In this document: in pieces, positions 29,462 through 39,591 of the stretch
How the letters are laid out: each line of letters begins with the position of its first letter
How positions within the stretch are numbered: position 1 is the stretch's first letter
Source of the DNA: Giardia intestinalis
Lineage: Eukaryota
Assembly: GCA_000002435.2 (NCBI GenBank)
Contig: CM018791.1
Length of the DNA: 64,000 bases
Strand: one strand, 5' to 3'
Translations under genes and position numbers: made by a program
The notes under the pieces: generated by a model
Told to the model about the DNA's origin: nothing
The model's input: the letters and a program-made list of their open reading frames with translations, nothing else
Databases searched by the model: none

Positions 29462-30913
29462 CCGATAGAAGCAGCGATAAAACTAAAAACAGACCAACGA
29501 ATAATGTGAAATTAAATATGTACAGGCCTTGCATAAAAGCTTTAGCGGGTGTTTGTTGCCTGCCTGCCCCGGTCCGTCGGGCGAGCAGGGCGCCCTCACC
29601 CGGGCCATCGCCGCAGTACGAGCTGGCTTGGGCCGCCACACAGAACAGACTGCTTTGCACACGGCGGCGCCGGGGCTGATGTATTGATCGGAGTTTTTTG
29701 GTATTGCCGGGGACCCCTGCCCTCGGCCGCCAGGGAGAGCCGCACCCTGCGCAGCCCCGGTTTGTCTACAGATACCCGGAGCTCTGCGGAGGCGGGCAGG
29801 CTGGGGCCGTCCCCCTCGTTCGGGGCATCGCCGACGACGAGCTGCTGCCTGCGGCCCGCGGGGTCTTCCGCTCTGAGAGGGGTCGCCGAGTGTCGGGGGC
29901 CGCAGTGCTCTGCAAGGCTTGCACACGACCAGGGGCTGCCCAGTTTTTTGAGCAGCTGGCTCTGGCGCGGATTCTACGGACGCCTGCTGCCGGCCCGGTC
30001 TACAGGGGCGCCCGCGTGTCTACTGTGGCCTGGCTTGCGTGCCTGCACGTCCTCCTGCGGTGGTTCCCCCCGTGGCGCAGAAAGCCCCGCCTGTCCCCTC
30101 CCACCGGGTTCTCCCGACGTGCTCTTTGTCGCTCCCAGCCGAGTTTCTAACGGATAAAGAAGCGGCATGGCCAAACCAGTCGCCAGATTGCAGTGTGCTC
30201 TGCAGCCGGGGATCTTGCTGGCATCTCACGCGACCGGGCTCTGGGTGTGCCTGCTCAACAGTAGCTACCTCATCCACAGAGTGCTGATGCAGATATTATG
30301 CGCTACGTATCAGTGACCACAGGGGCACCGATAGACAGGGTCTCAGCCTCAGTGCACAACGAAGGTTATCAAGCATAGCGAGGCTTACATACTGAGCATG
30401 GGTCCGTGCCCCGCGTGGTCTTCTTAAGAACTAGTGCATGAGTGTTTGTGAGACGATGCTATCCGTATGAGGCGGGCTATCCGTCGTACGCGAAGTGCAG
30501 TACGGCAGAAGTGGGTGATGCAGGAACCAGAGGGGGTGCTTCAGCACATCAGTCGTCGGCCCCTCTGCCTTCTGTCACGCCTGATGGACTCTCCTCTACT
30601 ATCGCAACTCAGTCGTGGTTGTCTGAGGAGAGGACTAGGTATTCAGTAGACAATGGAATCGCGTGGCCTGGACGCGATTTCGTGATGGCCAACACGGGTT
30701 ATCAGGCTGGCTGTGGTCTGGATATGTGGTACAGCTTCCTTCACTCAAGCAGGGGTTAACACCTGCACTAATACAGATCTACAATAAGACATACACCATG
30801 CCCAGTACAGTTGAAAGATAAAACAGAAAGATATTATATTAAACGATAGTTATATTTGCCGTCAATTGTTATTAATAGAGCTAACACCCCTGGTCAAAAA
30901 AACGTTCGCTGTG

Positions 30914-31702
30914 ATGTCCCGGCATTGGGTCCACACCCCGTCAAACACGATAGTATGGGCTGCAAACAGCATGGTTCCTGGCGAAGAGCTGCCTGGAGTT
31001 CCGAATACCTCTCTTCCTGGCCAAGGAGTTGTTCGGGTGGACGAATCTTTCGTCGCGAGTGTCGTGGGAAACATGAAGCAGGTTGGCAAGATAGTGTCTG
31101 TTCAGCCATCGTGTTTACACATCTACGAACCTGTCACAGCAGATGTCGTCCTTGGGCGCGTCGTTCGTCTTCTGCCGAATAAGTGGGTCCTGGACATAGG
31201 TGCAATACAGCATGCTACTCTCCACATTGATAACTTGAACATACCGGGGATCCAGCGGGTAAGGGACACTGCAGATGAAAGCAATATGCGCCAGTGGCTT
31301 GACGTGGATCAGCTTATTTCGTGCGAGGTAAAGCAGGGCTATGCACTTCTTACTCGGAGTGCACAGTTCGGGGTGTTGAACCATGGCGTACTAGTGAAGG
31401 TGCCTCCTTGCGCAGTGGGCCCATCGACTACCGCGTTTGCAAACCTGGACTCTCTGAATGTGCATGTTATTCTCGGCAGGAATGGATGGATTTGGATTTC
31501 TGAGATGCGGAATCCCAGTGATACTAGAGAGACAGTTCGAGACAGTGCATCTCCGACTCCTTCCAAGGAGCAACTGCAAGCGATATCCCATGTAGCGCAA
31601 CTTTTACAGACCATGTGTGCCGCTGGAGAGCGTGTTACTCCTGCGTCCATCCTTTCAGCAAGCAAAAGGCATCTCGAACCCGGATGCTCTCCTAAGACTT
31701 AG
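30914..31702 (+). CDS. RRP4: Exosome complex component RRP4-like (S1 + KH domains)
   Basis: The layout matches RRP4/EXOSC2: N-terminal …MVPGEELPG…, an S1 region (ADVVLGRVVRLLPNKWVLDIGAIQHATLHIDNLNIPG…QLISCEVKQ), then LLTRSAQFGVLNHGVLVKVPP…VILGRNGWIWISE. The track start at 30866 is TTG; the ATG at 30914 follows an A-rich leader. Confidence 0.75.
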   Translation: MSRHWVHTPSNTIVWAANSMVPGEELPGVPNTSLPGQGVVRVDESFVASVVGNMKQVGKIVSVQPSCLHIYEPVTADVVLGRVVRLLPNKWVLDIGAIQHATLHIDNLNIPGIQRVRDTADESNMRQWLDVDQLISCEVKQGYALLTRSAQFGVLNHGVLVKVPPCAVGPSTTAFANLDSLNVHVILGRNGWIWISEMRNPSDTRETVRDSASPTPSKEQLQAISHVAQLLQTMCAAGERVTPASILSASKRHLEPGCSPKT

Positions 31703-31832
31703 CACTGTGAATAGCCTATAGATAGCCACTATTTACTAGCGTTGACCAAGCGGTCAATAGCCTGCAGCAGACGGACTGGCTCATGATGCACAGCTCACCT
31801 GCATCATTGTGCTCGCATCCTGTAAACAAAAA

Positions 31833-32645
31833 ATGCCCAAAGCAGAGGCCGATATGATACGAAAGATTTATAAGCAGAACCTTGCAGACTACGTGCAGTT
31901 ACATGGACAGTTGGATGCATCACCATTAGGAATAACATCCGCGCAGGCATTGCTTCCAGGAAACTCTCGTACAAGGCAGGCGCCTGACCCATCATCTTCG
32001 GCTTCTGAAGCTCAGCCAGCCCTTGACTCTCCCACTGAGCAGCAGCTCTCCAATAGTGGATCATTAAGGCGTCATCCCCACGACGCGGAGAACATATTTC
32101 TCAGTGCACTCATTGAGGCAGGAAGCACTAGGGCTTACGTCAAAGACAAGTCAATAAGCACAAGCGTCCAGGCACAGGGGGATGAACACTTTGTTCCGCT
32201 TACCGAGGACTTCATCAAGCTTAACCGCATCTTGGCAGACTTTCCCTACAACGCAGCTCTAAATGCTAAGCTTTCTCCACGTACCGCGTCGCCCCTTTCT
32301 TCCATAGTTTACAATAAGGATATTAAAGGGCGGCAGGACGGTAGGTCAAGGGTTGCTCGACCGACTTCTGCACCATCGTTGAGAACACGCAGAGACGTGT
32401 ACATGGTGAATGCGCTCGTCGAGAAGCTTCATATGGCAACGAACGATCTCATGCACGAAAGGAGGCGTCGGATGGAACTGGAAACCCGGCTGCTGCAGAG
32501 CAACGAAGCCATCTTCCGGGCTGCATACTCTCAAGCGCGTGTCATGGTGCTTGTTGAGTTGAGAGAGGCACTACTAACAGCACTGACTGCTAGCACAGGA
32601 GAGCTGCCTGAAATCCTTTCTGATGCGCTCCGGAGCCTCTCCTGA
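31833..32645 (+). CDS. Hypothetical protein (270 aa) with a short C-terminal coiled coil
   Basis: The track start at 31809 is GTG; the first ATG is at 31833, behind aaacaaaaa. No recognisable domain. Confidence 0.6.
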   Translation: MPKAEADMIRKIYKQNLADYVQLHGQLDASPLGITSAQALLPGNSRTRQAPDPSSSASEAQPALDSPTEQQLSNSGSLRRHPHDAENIFLSALIEAGSTRAYVKDKSISTSVQAQGDEHFVPLTEDFIKLNRILADFPYNAALNAKLSPRTASPLSSIVYNKDIKGRQDGRSRVARPTSAPSLRTRRDVYMVNALVEKLHMATNDLMHERRRRMELETRLLQSNEAIFRAAYSQARVMVLVELREALLTALTASTGELPEILSDALRSLS

Positions 32646-32827
32646 GCTCTTCTGAATTTAGACTCGACACCGTCGGGATTCCAATTCTGTCACCAAAGGC
32701 AGAGGAGTAAATAGCTTATTTTCATGGATGGTCTAGCCTACTCTCTGACTGATTGCTTCTCGCTATATCTGCCATACGGAGTCTAGAGGCTGGTGAAGCT
32801 TAGATTTAGGATTCTTGTCGTTAAAAA

Positions 32828-35800
32828 ATGTCTAGGCCCTCCACCGCGCAAGGACGGCAAAGGAGCTTGGAGCAAGACAGCGTGAGTTCTCTCCTACTAA
32901 ATACCTCAAATAGGAGTCTTGTTGTCGATGACTTGGGCACTTTGGGGCTGATAGAAGAGAGAATTCAGCAGAACATTCTTCGGTCAGACGTTCTCTCTCG
33001 CTACTTTAGCAACGAAAAGATAAAAGAGCAGAATGAACTAATCAAGAGCAAATACCTCCAGAGCCTTGTTAAACTGTCGGAGACAGAGGTGATTGAGGAA
33101 TCTTATAAAGCCATCAATGATAAGTACATAAAACTTGAGGACGCATACACAGACATGCGGAAGATGAACGAGCAGCTTCTTGAGAGCCTTAAGGAAGCGA
33201 AGATCACAATTAATCAACTGAGCGGGGGATCTGGGAAGTCTGGCACGGCAGAGATCATTTCCGGGAATATTGCCCTTTCCACCGCGCAGAGCCGCACCAT
33301 CTCGACCCTTCATAAGTTATTTACTGACCTAGACATGATCCAGGTTCCGACTGAACAGGCCAATAACATGAGCGAGCCAGAGTTGGTGCAAATGGCCGCA
33401 ATCAACCTCGCAGTCCAATACAAAAGACTCAAGGTTGATGCCGACAGTCGTCGCTCCTTCTCCACAGAGAGTGAGGCGCAGATGGACAACCTCCAGCGCC
33501 AGATTGTCAAGATAGAGTTGGAGTTAGTGGAAAGCAGAAACATGGTTTCCTTCTTAGAAAAAGAGTGTGACAGGCTCAAGAATAGCAACCAGGAAGTGGT
33601 AAATCTACGTACACAGGTTTCTCAGCGTGATGAGATACTCCAAGACAAAAGCATGCTAATAAGCACTCTCCAGAACCAGATAAAGGTTATGCAGGCAGAA
33701 AAGGTCGATGCCGACCAAGCCACTTTTGTGGCCCGGAACGATTTGAGCCTAGCAGAAGAGACCATCAAGGAAAAGAGCGTAACGATCGAGAAGCTCATGG
33801 AGAAGCTGTCGAAACTCAAAAAGACATCACAGGTGGCGATAGAGCAGAGAGACCAGGACGCAGTTGAGCTAGCGAGGTCTGTTGCAGATATGCGTCAAAA
33901 ACTCAGCGATACCGTTGATGAGAAGCAGCGCATAGTCCATCAGCTACACATAGATATGGATAGTATGAAGAAGTCCCACGAGGAGAGCATTTCGCAGCAC
34001 AAAAGCGAAATCGAGGCAATCAAAAGTGCATTTGACGAGTCCACGTTTATTAAGAACGCTCGCATCAGCAAGCTCACAACCGAGTTGACAGAGACGCAGA
34101 CACAGTTAGCAAGCGCTTTGGAGAAAAATCAGGAGCTTCAGTCTGAGTCCAAAAAGGCTCAGCACGCAGCAGAAGTCCTGCTCGCGGAAAGAGAGATAGC
34201 AAATACAACTCTTACTCAAGAGCTACAAGCAACTAAGGGGGAGCTGGAAGCAGTAAGAAAGTCTAATCACGAGCAGGTCAATTCGTACGAATCTCTTCTT
34301 CAAAAGACGCAGCAGAGCTATGAGGCTCTCTTAAGGGAAAAAGAAGACACGATACTTAAGCTTAATCTAGAATGCGATAACGCTAAGAAGGCTTTTGATG
34401 ATCATTCTGAGCAGTCGACGGCCCATGTTCAAGCGTTACGCGAAGAGGTTGAGCGCGTCAGACACACCAGCGAAAACCTTCTTCAGGAAAAAATGGGGGT
34501 TATCAATCGGTTGACTGCAGAGATACAAGCCATCAAGCTTGACGGGGAGCGAGCCTTAGACAGCAAGGATACTCAGATAGCAGAGCTACAGAAGAACGTC
34601 AGTTCTTTGATGGAAGACTTAACCAAAACGTCCTCAAACTCATCTGCAGAGCTCAGCCGACTAACTAACTTGTTAGAAGCAACCAGGAAGGACTACGTGC
34701 AACGACTAGAATCAAAGGACGAGCAGCTGCGGATTGCTACTAACGAATACAAAGAGAATATGGAAAAGCTGGATGCAGTTTTTGCCAAAAAGGATGCAGA
34801 GCTTTCAAAGCAAACTGCCGCACTACACGCTCTCCGTGATGAGCTATCCCAAGTTAAGTCAAATCATCTTTTGGAAGTTGATAGGCTTCTGAAAGAAGTT
34901 AATTCTGCTCAGCAAAACACATCCATGACCTTGCTTTCTAACCAGGACGAAATTTCTCGCCTTGGAAGAGAACTAGACGTAGTCAAGAATTCGGCGTCCA
35001 TTAACGAAGTTGAGGCAAATAAAAAGATCCAGAGTCTAAATCTGAAGATCATCTCTTTACAACAAGAGCTGCAAGACTCCAAGAACGAGGCCGATGCTGC
35101 ACTCAAAGAAAAGGTACGTGAACTGGATACTCTCCGGCTTCTCATGGATGACAGCACATCCACTGCAGCAAAGGCTGCACAAAATCTTCAGAACACTGTC
35201 GACAAGCTCCAACAGGAACTCTCCTCTGTGTCATCGGACAAGCTTGCTATCTCGGCGGAAATGAATCGAGTGGTTTCAGAGCTAAAGCACGAGCTCTCAA
35301 CTGAGAAACAAATGCGAGAAGCAGAGAATTCTCGGGCACAGCTCCAGATATCCCATCTGGAGGCACAAGTCAAAGATGCAGCAAAGGCCAAGGACAGCGA
35401 AGTGACAAGGCTCCTCTCAGACCTAAAGACTGTAAAGGAGGAGCTTGCTATCGTAGTGGATCAGAAGGATGCCAAGATTGCAGAAATTTCCCGAAAATTA
35501 GAAGATACATTCCACAAACTGCAAAGGTCTGAGCAGACGGTTGAGGTCCTTCAGGCTGCAAAAGAGAAAGAGCTGTCTGTAGCCAAACTAAATACCGATC
35601 AAACAATTGCGCTGTTAAACGACCGCGTTGCTAATCTTGCCGCTGAATTGAACAAGCAGAAGAACGAGACTGAGGAGCTTCTGGCGTTTAAAGACTTACA
35701 ATACAAGCAATTACAGAAACAATTAGAGGACTCTAGGACTGAAGTCACTGAGGCAACCAGTTCTGGCAGGGCCGAGATCTCTAGGCTCCAGCTCCAGATA

Positions 35801-37690
35801 GATAATCTTGGCGAAGCGTTATTACAGGCCCAGATAGAGTATGCACAAAAAGAAGATGCACTCAAGGATGATCTAAATAGTGCCAAGGCTGTGCTTCTTG
35901 CCGAGTCAGCCGAGAAGGATGCCATCATTTCTACGTTGAAGAAAGATCTGACAAATCTGCGTGCTGAGCTGCTCTCGTCCGAAGAGGCCAAAGATGTGAC
36001 AATTGCACGGTACAAGCAGGATTGCGAAAACCTCCAAACATCCTTGACAAAGTCAATAGAGAAGAAGGAGGAGGCGTATAACATCCTCAAGCAAGAGTTT
36101 GCAGGTTATAAGAAGGACGTGAGCGCTGCAAAGCAAGCGTACGAGGCGCAGATAGCAAGCCTCACAGGAGACCTGGCAGCCGCCAAGAAGAAGTCAGAGC
36201 AGCTTGAGATGGAGATAGAGAGAGAAATGAAGCATGCTTCAGCATCGAGCAAGAAGGCGCAAGCAGAGTTGAAAGTGACAATCGATCAGAAGCAGCGCGA
36301 GTTGGAAGAACTTCAGAAAGAGTACCTTTCCTCACAGGCCGAGGCCTTGTCCACCAACAAGCGCCTACAAGATGAAATAGACAAGCTTATACAGGACAAG
36401 GGAGGTCTCATCAATCAAATATCGAGTCTGAAACAGGAGATATCGGTATCATCCGCTGACAGAGAGCATCAAGCTAAAAAAGCCGACAAAGATATCAAGA
36501 CACTTCAAGACGCTCTACGCATAGCAGAAGAGGATAAAAGAGTTTTGGAGTTGGAGGGAAACAGCAAGCTGGAGGAGATTAAACAGCAATATGAGTGCTT
36601 GATATCAGAGAAGAATAAGTCTATCACAGAACTCAATCAAAAGGTTCGAGACATGTACAATGAAGTCATCGAAGCCCAAGCAGCCAAAAACAATGAAATT
36701 GCCAGGGCTGCAGAGGAGCTTACTAAGAAGAGCCAGACACATCTCGATATCGTAAGTGAAAAGGACGAAAAACTCGCCAAAATGGAGGCGGATTTGGCCA
36801 GGGTCCAAAAGGAGCTTCGTGCGTTAGAGATCTCAAAGAAGGAAACAGAGGCACTCCTCAAGCGAGAACAGGGAGAGCTAACACTAAGATATAGCGCAGA
36901 GACCAACATGAAGGACGAGAGAATAGTAGCTCTGGAGAAGGAGCTTGGATCTTTTAAAGATAACTTAGCTAGAACGACAAAGCTCAAGGACGACGAGATA
37001 AGAGACCTGGAAGCACAGCTGCGTGATACGAAGAAGAAGTCGCAGACAGCACTAAATGAAAACACGCAGCTAATAGATTCCATTCAAGTGAAGATGGATA
37101 GCGTGAAGCAGGAGTCCGCAGAAGCTCTTAAGAAGAAGTCTGCAAAGATCGAGGAGCTAAAGGCAGAGCTGAGCCACACACTAGAAGAACACTCTACCTT
37201 TGCTATGAAGAAGGATGCAGAGATCCAAGAACTGACACGGAAACTAGGCACTCTGGAGGCCCAGCTTGGCCAGACTGTTTCCTCGGTAGTATATGATGCC
37301 GTCAAAGAGCAGTTGGATGAAAAGGAGCGGGACACAGTTGAACTTCGTGCGGAGATTGCGCGTCTCAAGGAGGCGTCACAGGCAACGTCCATGGTCAGTG
37401 GAGAGGAGAACACAAAACTTGCGCTGAAAGTTAAGCAGCTCGAAGCGGAGCTAGAGGAGCTACGCGCTTATCACGACTTTATTAAGCCCCAAGTGATGGA
37501 ACAGAAGCTTGAGGAGATGAATGCTGCACCGCCCACAGAGGAAGCGTCGTTTATGAAACAGTTAATCAAGGAGAATGGCTACCTCAAGCAGCGCCTGAAC
37601 CAGATCGCACTGGGTAGTGACGAATCTACATCTCGCAATTCTAGTATATCCGAAGGGCGGCGTCCAGGAGGCCGCTTACGAACCAAGTAA
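32828..37690 (+). CDS. Giant coiled-coil protein (1620 aa)
   Basis: ATG behind ttaaaaa. Continuous heptad-type E/K/L/Q-rich sequence. Confidence 0.85.
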   Translation: MSRPSTAQGRQRSLEQDSVSSLLLNTSNRSLVVDDLGTLGLIEERIQQNILRSDVLSRYFSNEKIKEQNELIKSKYLQSLVKLSETEVIEESYKAINDKYIKLEDAYTDMRKMNEQLLESLKEAKITINQLSGGSGKSGTAEIISGNIALSTAQSRTISTLHKLFTDLDMIQVPTEQANNMSEPELVQMAAINLAVQYKRLKVDADSRRSFSTESEAQMDNLQRQIVKIELELVESRNMVSFLEKECDRLKNSNQEVVNLRTQVSQRDEILQDKSMLISTLQNQIKVMQAEKVDADQATFVARNDLSLAEETIKEKSVTIEKLMEKLSKLKKTSQVAIEQRDQDAVELARSVADMRQKLSDTVDEKQRIVHQLHIDMDSMKKSHEESISQHKSEIEAIKSAFDESTFIKNARISKLTTELTETQTQLASALEKNQELQSESKKAQHAAEVLLAEREIANTTLTQELQATKGELEAVRKSNHEQVNSYESLLQKTQQSYEALLREKEDTILKLNLECDNAKKAFDDHSEQSTAHVQALREEVERVRHTSENLLQEKMGVINRLTAEIQAIKLDGERALDSKDTQIAELQKNVSSLMEDLTKTSSNSSAELSRLTNLLEATRKDYVQRLESKDEQLRIATNEYKENMEKLDAVFAKKDAELSKQTAALHALRDELSQVKSNHLLEVDRLLKEVNSAQQNTSMTLLSNQDEISRLGRELDVVKNSASINEVEANKKIQSLNLKIISLQQELQDSKNEADAALKEKVRELDTLRLLMDDSTSTAAKAAQNLQNTVDKLQQELSSVSSDKLAISAEMNRVVSELKHELSTEKQMREAENSRAQLQISHLEAQVKDAAKAKDSEVTRLLSDLKTVKEELAIVVDQKDAKIAEISRKLEDTFHKLQRSEQTVEVLQAAKEKELSVAKLNTDQTIALLNDRVANLAAELNKQKNETEELLAFKDLQYKQLQKQLEDSRTEVTEATSSGRAEISRLQLQIDNLGEALLQAQIEYAQKEDALKDDLNSAKAVLLAESAEKDAIISTLKKDLTNLRAELLSSEEAKDVTIARYKQDCENLQTSLTKSIEKKEEAYNILKQEFAGYKKDVSAAKQAYEAQIASLTGDLAAAKKKSEQLEMEIEREMKHASASSKKAQAELKVTIDQKQRELEELQKEYLSSQAEALSTNKRLQDEIDKLIQDKGGLINQISSLKQEISVSSADREHQAKKADKDIKTLQDALRIAEEDKRVLELEGNSKLEEIKQQYECLISEKNKSITELNQKVRDMYNEVIEAQAAKNNEIARAAEELTKKSQTHLDIVSEKDEKLAKMEADLARVQKELRALEISKKETEALLKREQGELTLRYSAETNMKDERIVALEKELGSFKDNLARTTKLKDDEIRDLEAQLRDTKKKSQTALNENTQLIDSIQVKMDSVKQESAEALKKKSAKIEELKAELSHTLEEHSTFAMKKDAEIQELTRKLGTLEAQLGQTVSSVVYDAVKEQLDEKERDTVELRAEIARLKEASQATSMVSGEENTKLALKVKQLEAELEELRAYHDFIKPQVMEQKLEEMNAAPPTEEASFMKQLIKENGYLKQRLNQIALGSDESTSRNSSISEGRRPGGRLRTK

Positions 37691-37753
37691 TTCCTGGCTC
37701 TGCTCGTCCATAGCTTTGTCTTCCTTCCTCCTTCCCGCTAATAAATTAATTTT

Positions 37754-38794
37754 ATGCTGGATCTTCTTCGAAATCTATACAGGGCTATGGAAGGCGATAA
37801 CACGGAGCTTGCATGCACGTGTATTCCTTCAGATTCTCAAATTCCGGATCTCAAGTCTCTCTGCTCTTCGCTTTCATATAGCAACCTGGTTGATGGGCTT
37901 CTTGCAGTCACGTGGCTCTTGCAGCAGAGCATCGGAGAGGCCTACAATAAGTATGCCAGCTGTCTTGGAAACGCCATCATGCGGTGTTGCATTGACCAAG
38001 CCCGCGAGGTCACCCCGCTACAAACCTATAAACCAATTCCGATAAGCGACCACCCACGTAAGGCGGTCGCCAGTAAGCTCACAGATTGCATTAACTTATT
38101 ACGGATATTAAAGATAGACAGTGGCAGCGACGATCCATTCATCACGCGCCTCGAAAGCCTCTCAGACGCTGAGCTAACAACGTTTCGTACTGCAATTGCG
38201 CCACATATGAGGCGGCATTTTAGCGAGGTTGGAGACGAGGTCCGCGAGGAAGCTCAGATGGACAATCCCGCAACCGTATATGCCGTGTACCAGTCTGACT
38301 GTTCTCATCAGCCTTATGTATATTTCTATCTGCCCAAAAACCCTCTCTTCATTGCTGACCTGATAGAGTCATCCCTTTTCAATGCGTTCTCAGGCGGATA
38401 CACAAAAGAATATGAGGTCCTGGAGAGAAACAGACAGGGGCTAGCTCAATCATACGTCGACAAGTTTATCCTCATACACTCCGCCCTTACACATCCGGGA
38501 AACCTGGATCTTTGTGCATCAGTGTTTATGCAGGTAATAAAGCCACAGGAGCTTGTGCACATGAGCGTAATAGAATTAGAGCCAGCAGAATGCCGTGAGC
38601 TGAGAAATAAGGCGAGAGAGGAGATAATGGCTAGTGTAGATCTGAAGAGGTTTGTCCAGCATACAGGAATACAGTGCAAAAAGTGCAAGCAAGAGACCGT
38701 TGTTCGCTTGGAGAAGCAGACAAGAAGCGCTGACGAGGCTACGACAATAGAATACACGTGTTCCAGCTGCGGACACAGATGGAGAGTAAACTAG
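37754..38794 (+). CDS. TFIIS: Transcription elongation factor TFIIS (S-II)
   Basis: The C-terminal zinc ribbon carries the signature CKKCKQETVVRLEKQTRSADEATTIEYTCSSCGHRWR (QTRSADE acidic hairpin). A central-domain-like region precedes it. ATG behind ataaattaatttt. Confidence 0.85.
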   Translation: MLDLLRNLYRAMEGDNTELACTCIPSDSQIPDLKSLCSSLSYSNLVDGLLAVTWLLQQSIGEAYNKYASCLGNAIMRCCIDQAREVTPLQTYKPIPISDHPRKAVASKLTDCINLLRILKIDSGSDDPFITRLESLSDAELTTFRTAIAPHMRRHFSEVGDEVREEAQMDNPATVYAVYQSDCSHQPYVYFYLPKNPLFIADLIESSLFNAFSGGYTKEYEVLERNRQGLAQSYVDKFILIHSALTHPGNLDLCASVFMQVIKPQELVHMSVIELEPAECRELRNKAREEIMASVDLKRFVQHTGIQCKKCKQETVVRLEKQTRSADEATTIEYTCSSCGHRWRVN

Positions 38795-38830
38795 TGCCCA
38801 CTAAGCTCCTCAAGTGTTACACCGCCACAA

Positions 38831-39544
38831 TCAGGTGGGCGAATCTTTAGCCCCCATCTGTTCCTCGAGCATCTCTTTCCTCTTTGCATTATATTCTGCA
38901 ATCTTCGCCCGCAGCTTGTCTTCCAGAGACCCGCAGAACGAAGAGAAGTTTGGAATTTCCATGGGATCAAAGGCACTGTCCGGAAGCCAGGGGACGGGCT
39001 CCACGGCGATATTTGCCATGTTGACGCAACTCTTTTCGTTGTTAATAAAGCCCTCCACATCCACGAGAAGTCCTCCAGTTGTACGAACCCTCGTATGGTT
39101 GACAGTTAAGATGTGCTCGTTTGTGCTCAAGATTGTACGCAGGAACTCCTTCTCGGAGACAACAGGATTCCCAGTAAGGTCAACATTAGTCAGATTAGCC
39201 ATCTTAGATAGATGCCGAAGCTCTTCCAGAGAAGATATTTTGCAGCCGACAAGGGAAATGGTCTCTGCTGTGCAGACAGATACCCCTTCATCAGTCAGTT
39301 CTCCTAGAAAACCCAACGAGGTAATCGGATTCCCGTCCAAAATAAGGATCTGCAAGGATGGCATCTTCTTCACAAAAGGGGCTGATCTAAGCTTATTATT
39401 GGAGAGGTTTAGATAAAAAACGGCTGTACAGAGCTCTAAAATGGTGGCGTCATCAACGTCCCGGTCTATCACGCTGAGCCGCGTGACGTTAGAAAGCGAA
39501 AATTCGCCGCTGAGCTGCTTAACCTCTACATCAGACAGCCGCAT
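38831..39544 (-). CDS. Leucine-rich repeat (LRR) protein
   Basis: Repeats of the LxxLxLxxNxL type (LNLSNNKLRS, LQILILDGNPITSL, LTNVDLTGNPV). The track start at 39595 is TTG; the first ATG is at 39544 (MRLSDVEVKQL). Confidence 0.8.
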   Translation of the reverse strand: MRLSDVEVKQLSGEFSLSNVTRLSVIDRDVDDATILELCTAVFYLNLSNNKLRSAPFVKKMPSLQILILDGNPITSLGFLGELTDEGVSVCTAETISLVGCKISSLEELRHLSKMANLTNVDLTGNPVVSEKEFLRTILSTNEHILTVNHTRVRTTGGLLVDVEGFINNEKSCVNMANIAVEPVPWLPDSAFDPMEIPNFSSFCGSLEDKLRAKIAEYNAKRKEMLEEQMGAKDSPT

Positions 39545-39591
39545 GGTCGACAGCAGTGGCAGGTGCCAAGCGGCAAAGATCGGTACCAAAA

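Larger units (their letters stand above)
26325..30224. repeat. Right arm of the 3.9-kb inverted repeat
   Basis: Reverse complement of 18861-22760; see the left arm entry. Confidence 0.95.

Noticed and set aside
18861-30224. Interpretation of the palindrome as a composite transposon or retroelement (GilM/GilT-like), or as rDNA
   Set aside because: No direct target-site duplication flanks the outer ends (…cggtttga | … | ctcacgcg…). No reverse-transcriptase (YxDD), integrase or transposase motifs appear in any arm frame. None of the conserved rRNA sequence blocks is present, despite the high GC.
30442-30759. 105-aa ORF in the 690-bp unique region just outside the right arm
   Set aside because: It has a GTG start, no A/T-rich leader, no domain and an overlapping alternative-frame ORF. 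I treat it as non-coding flank unless transcript data say otherwise.
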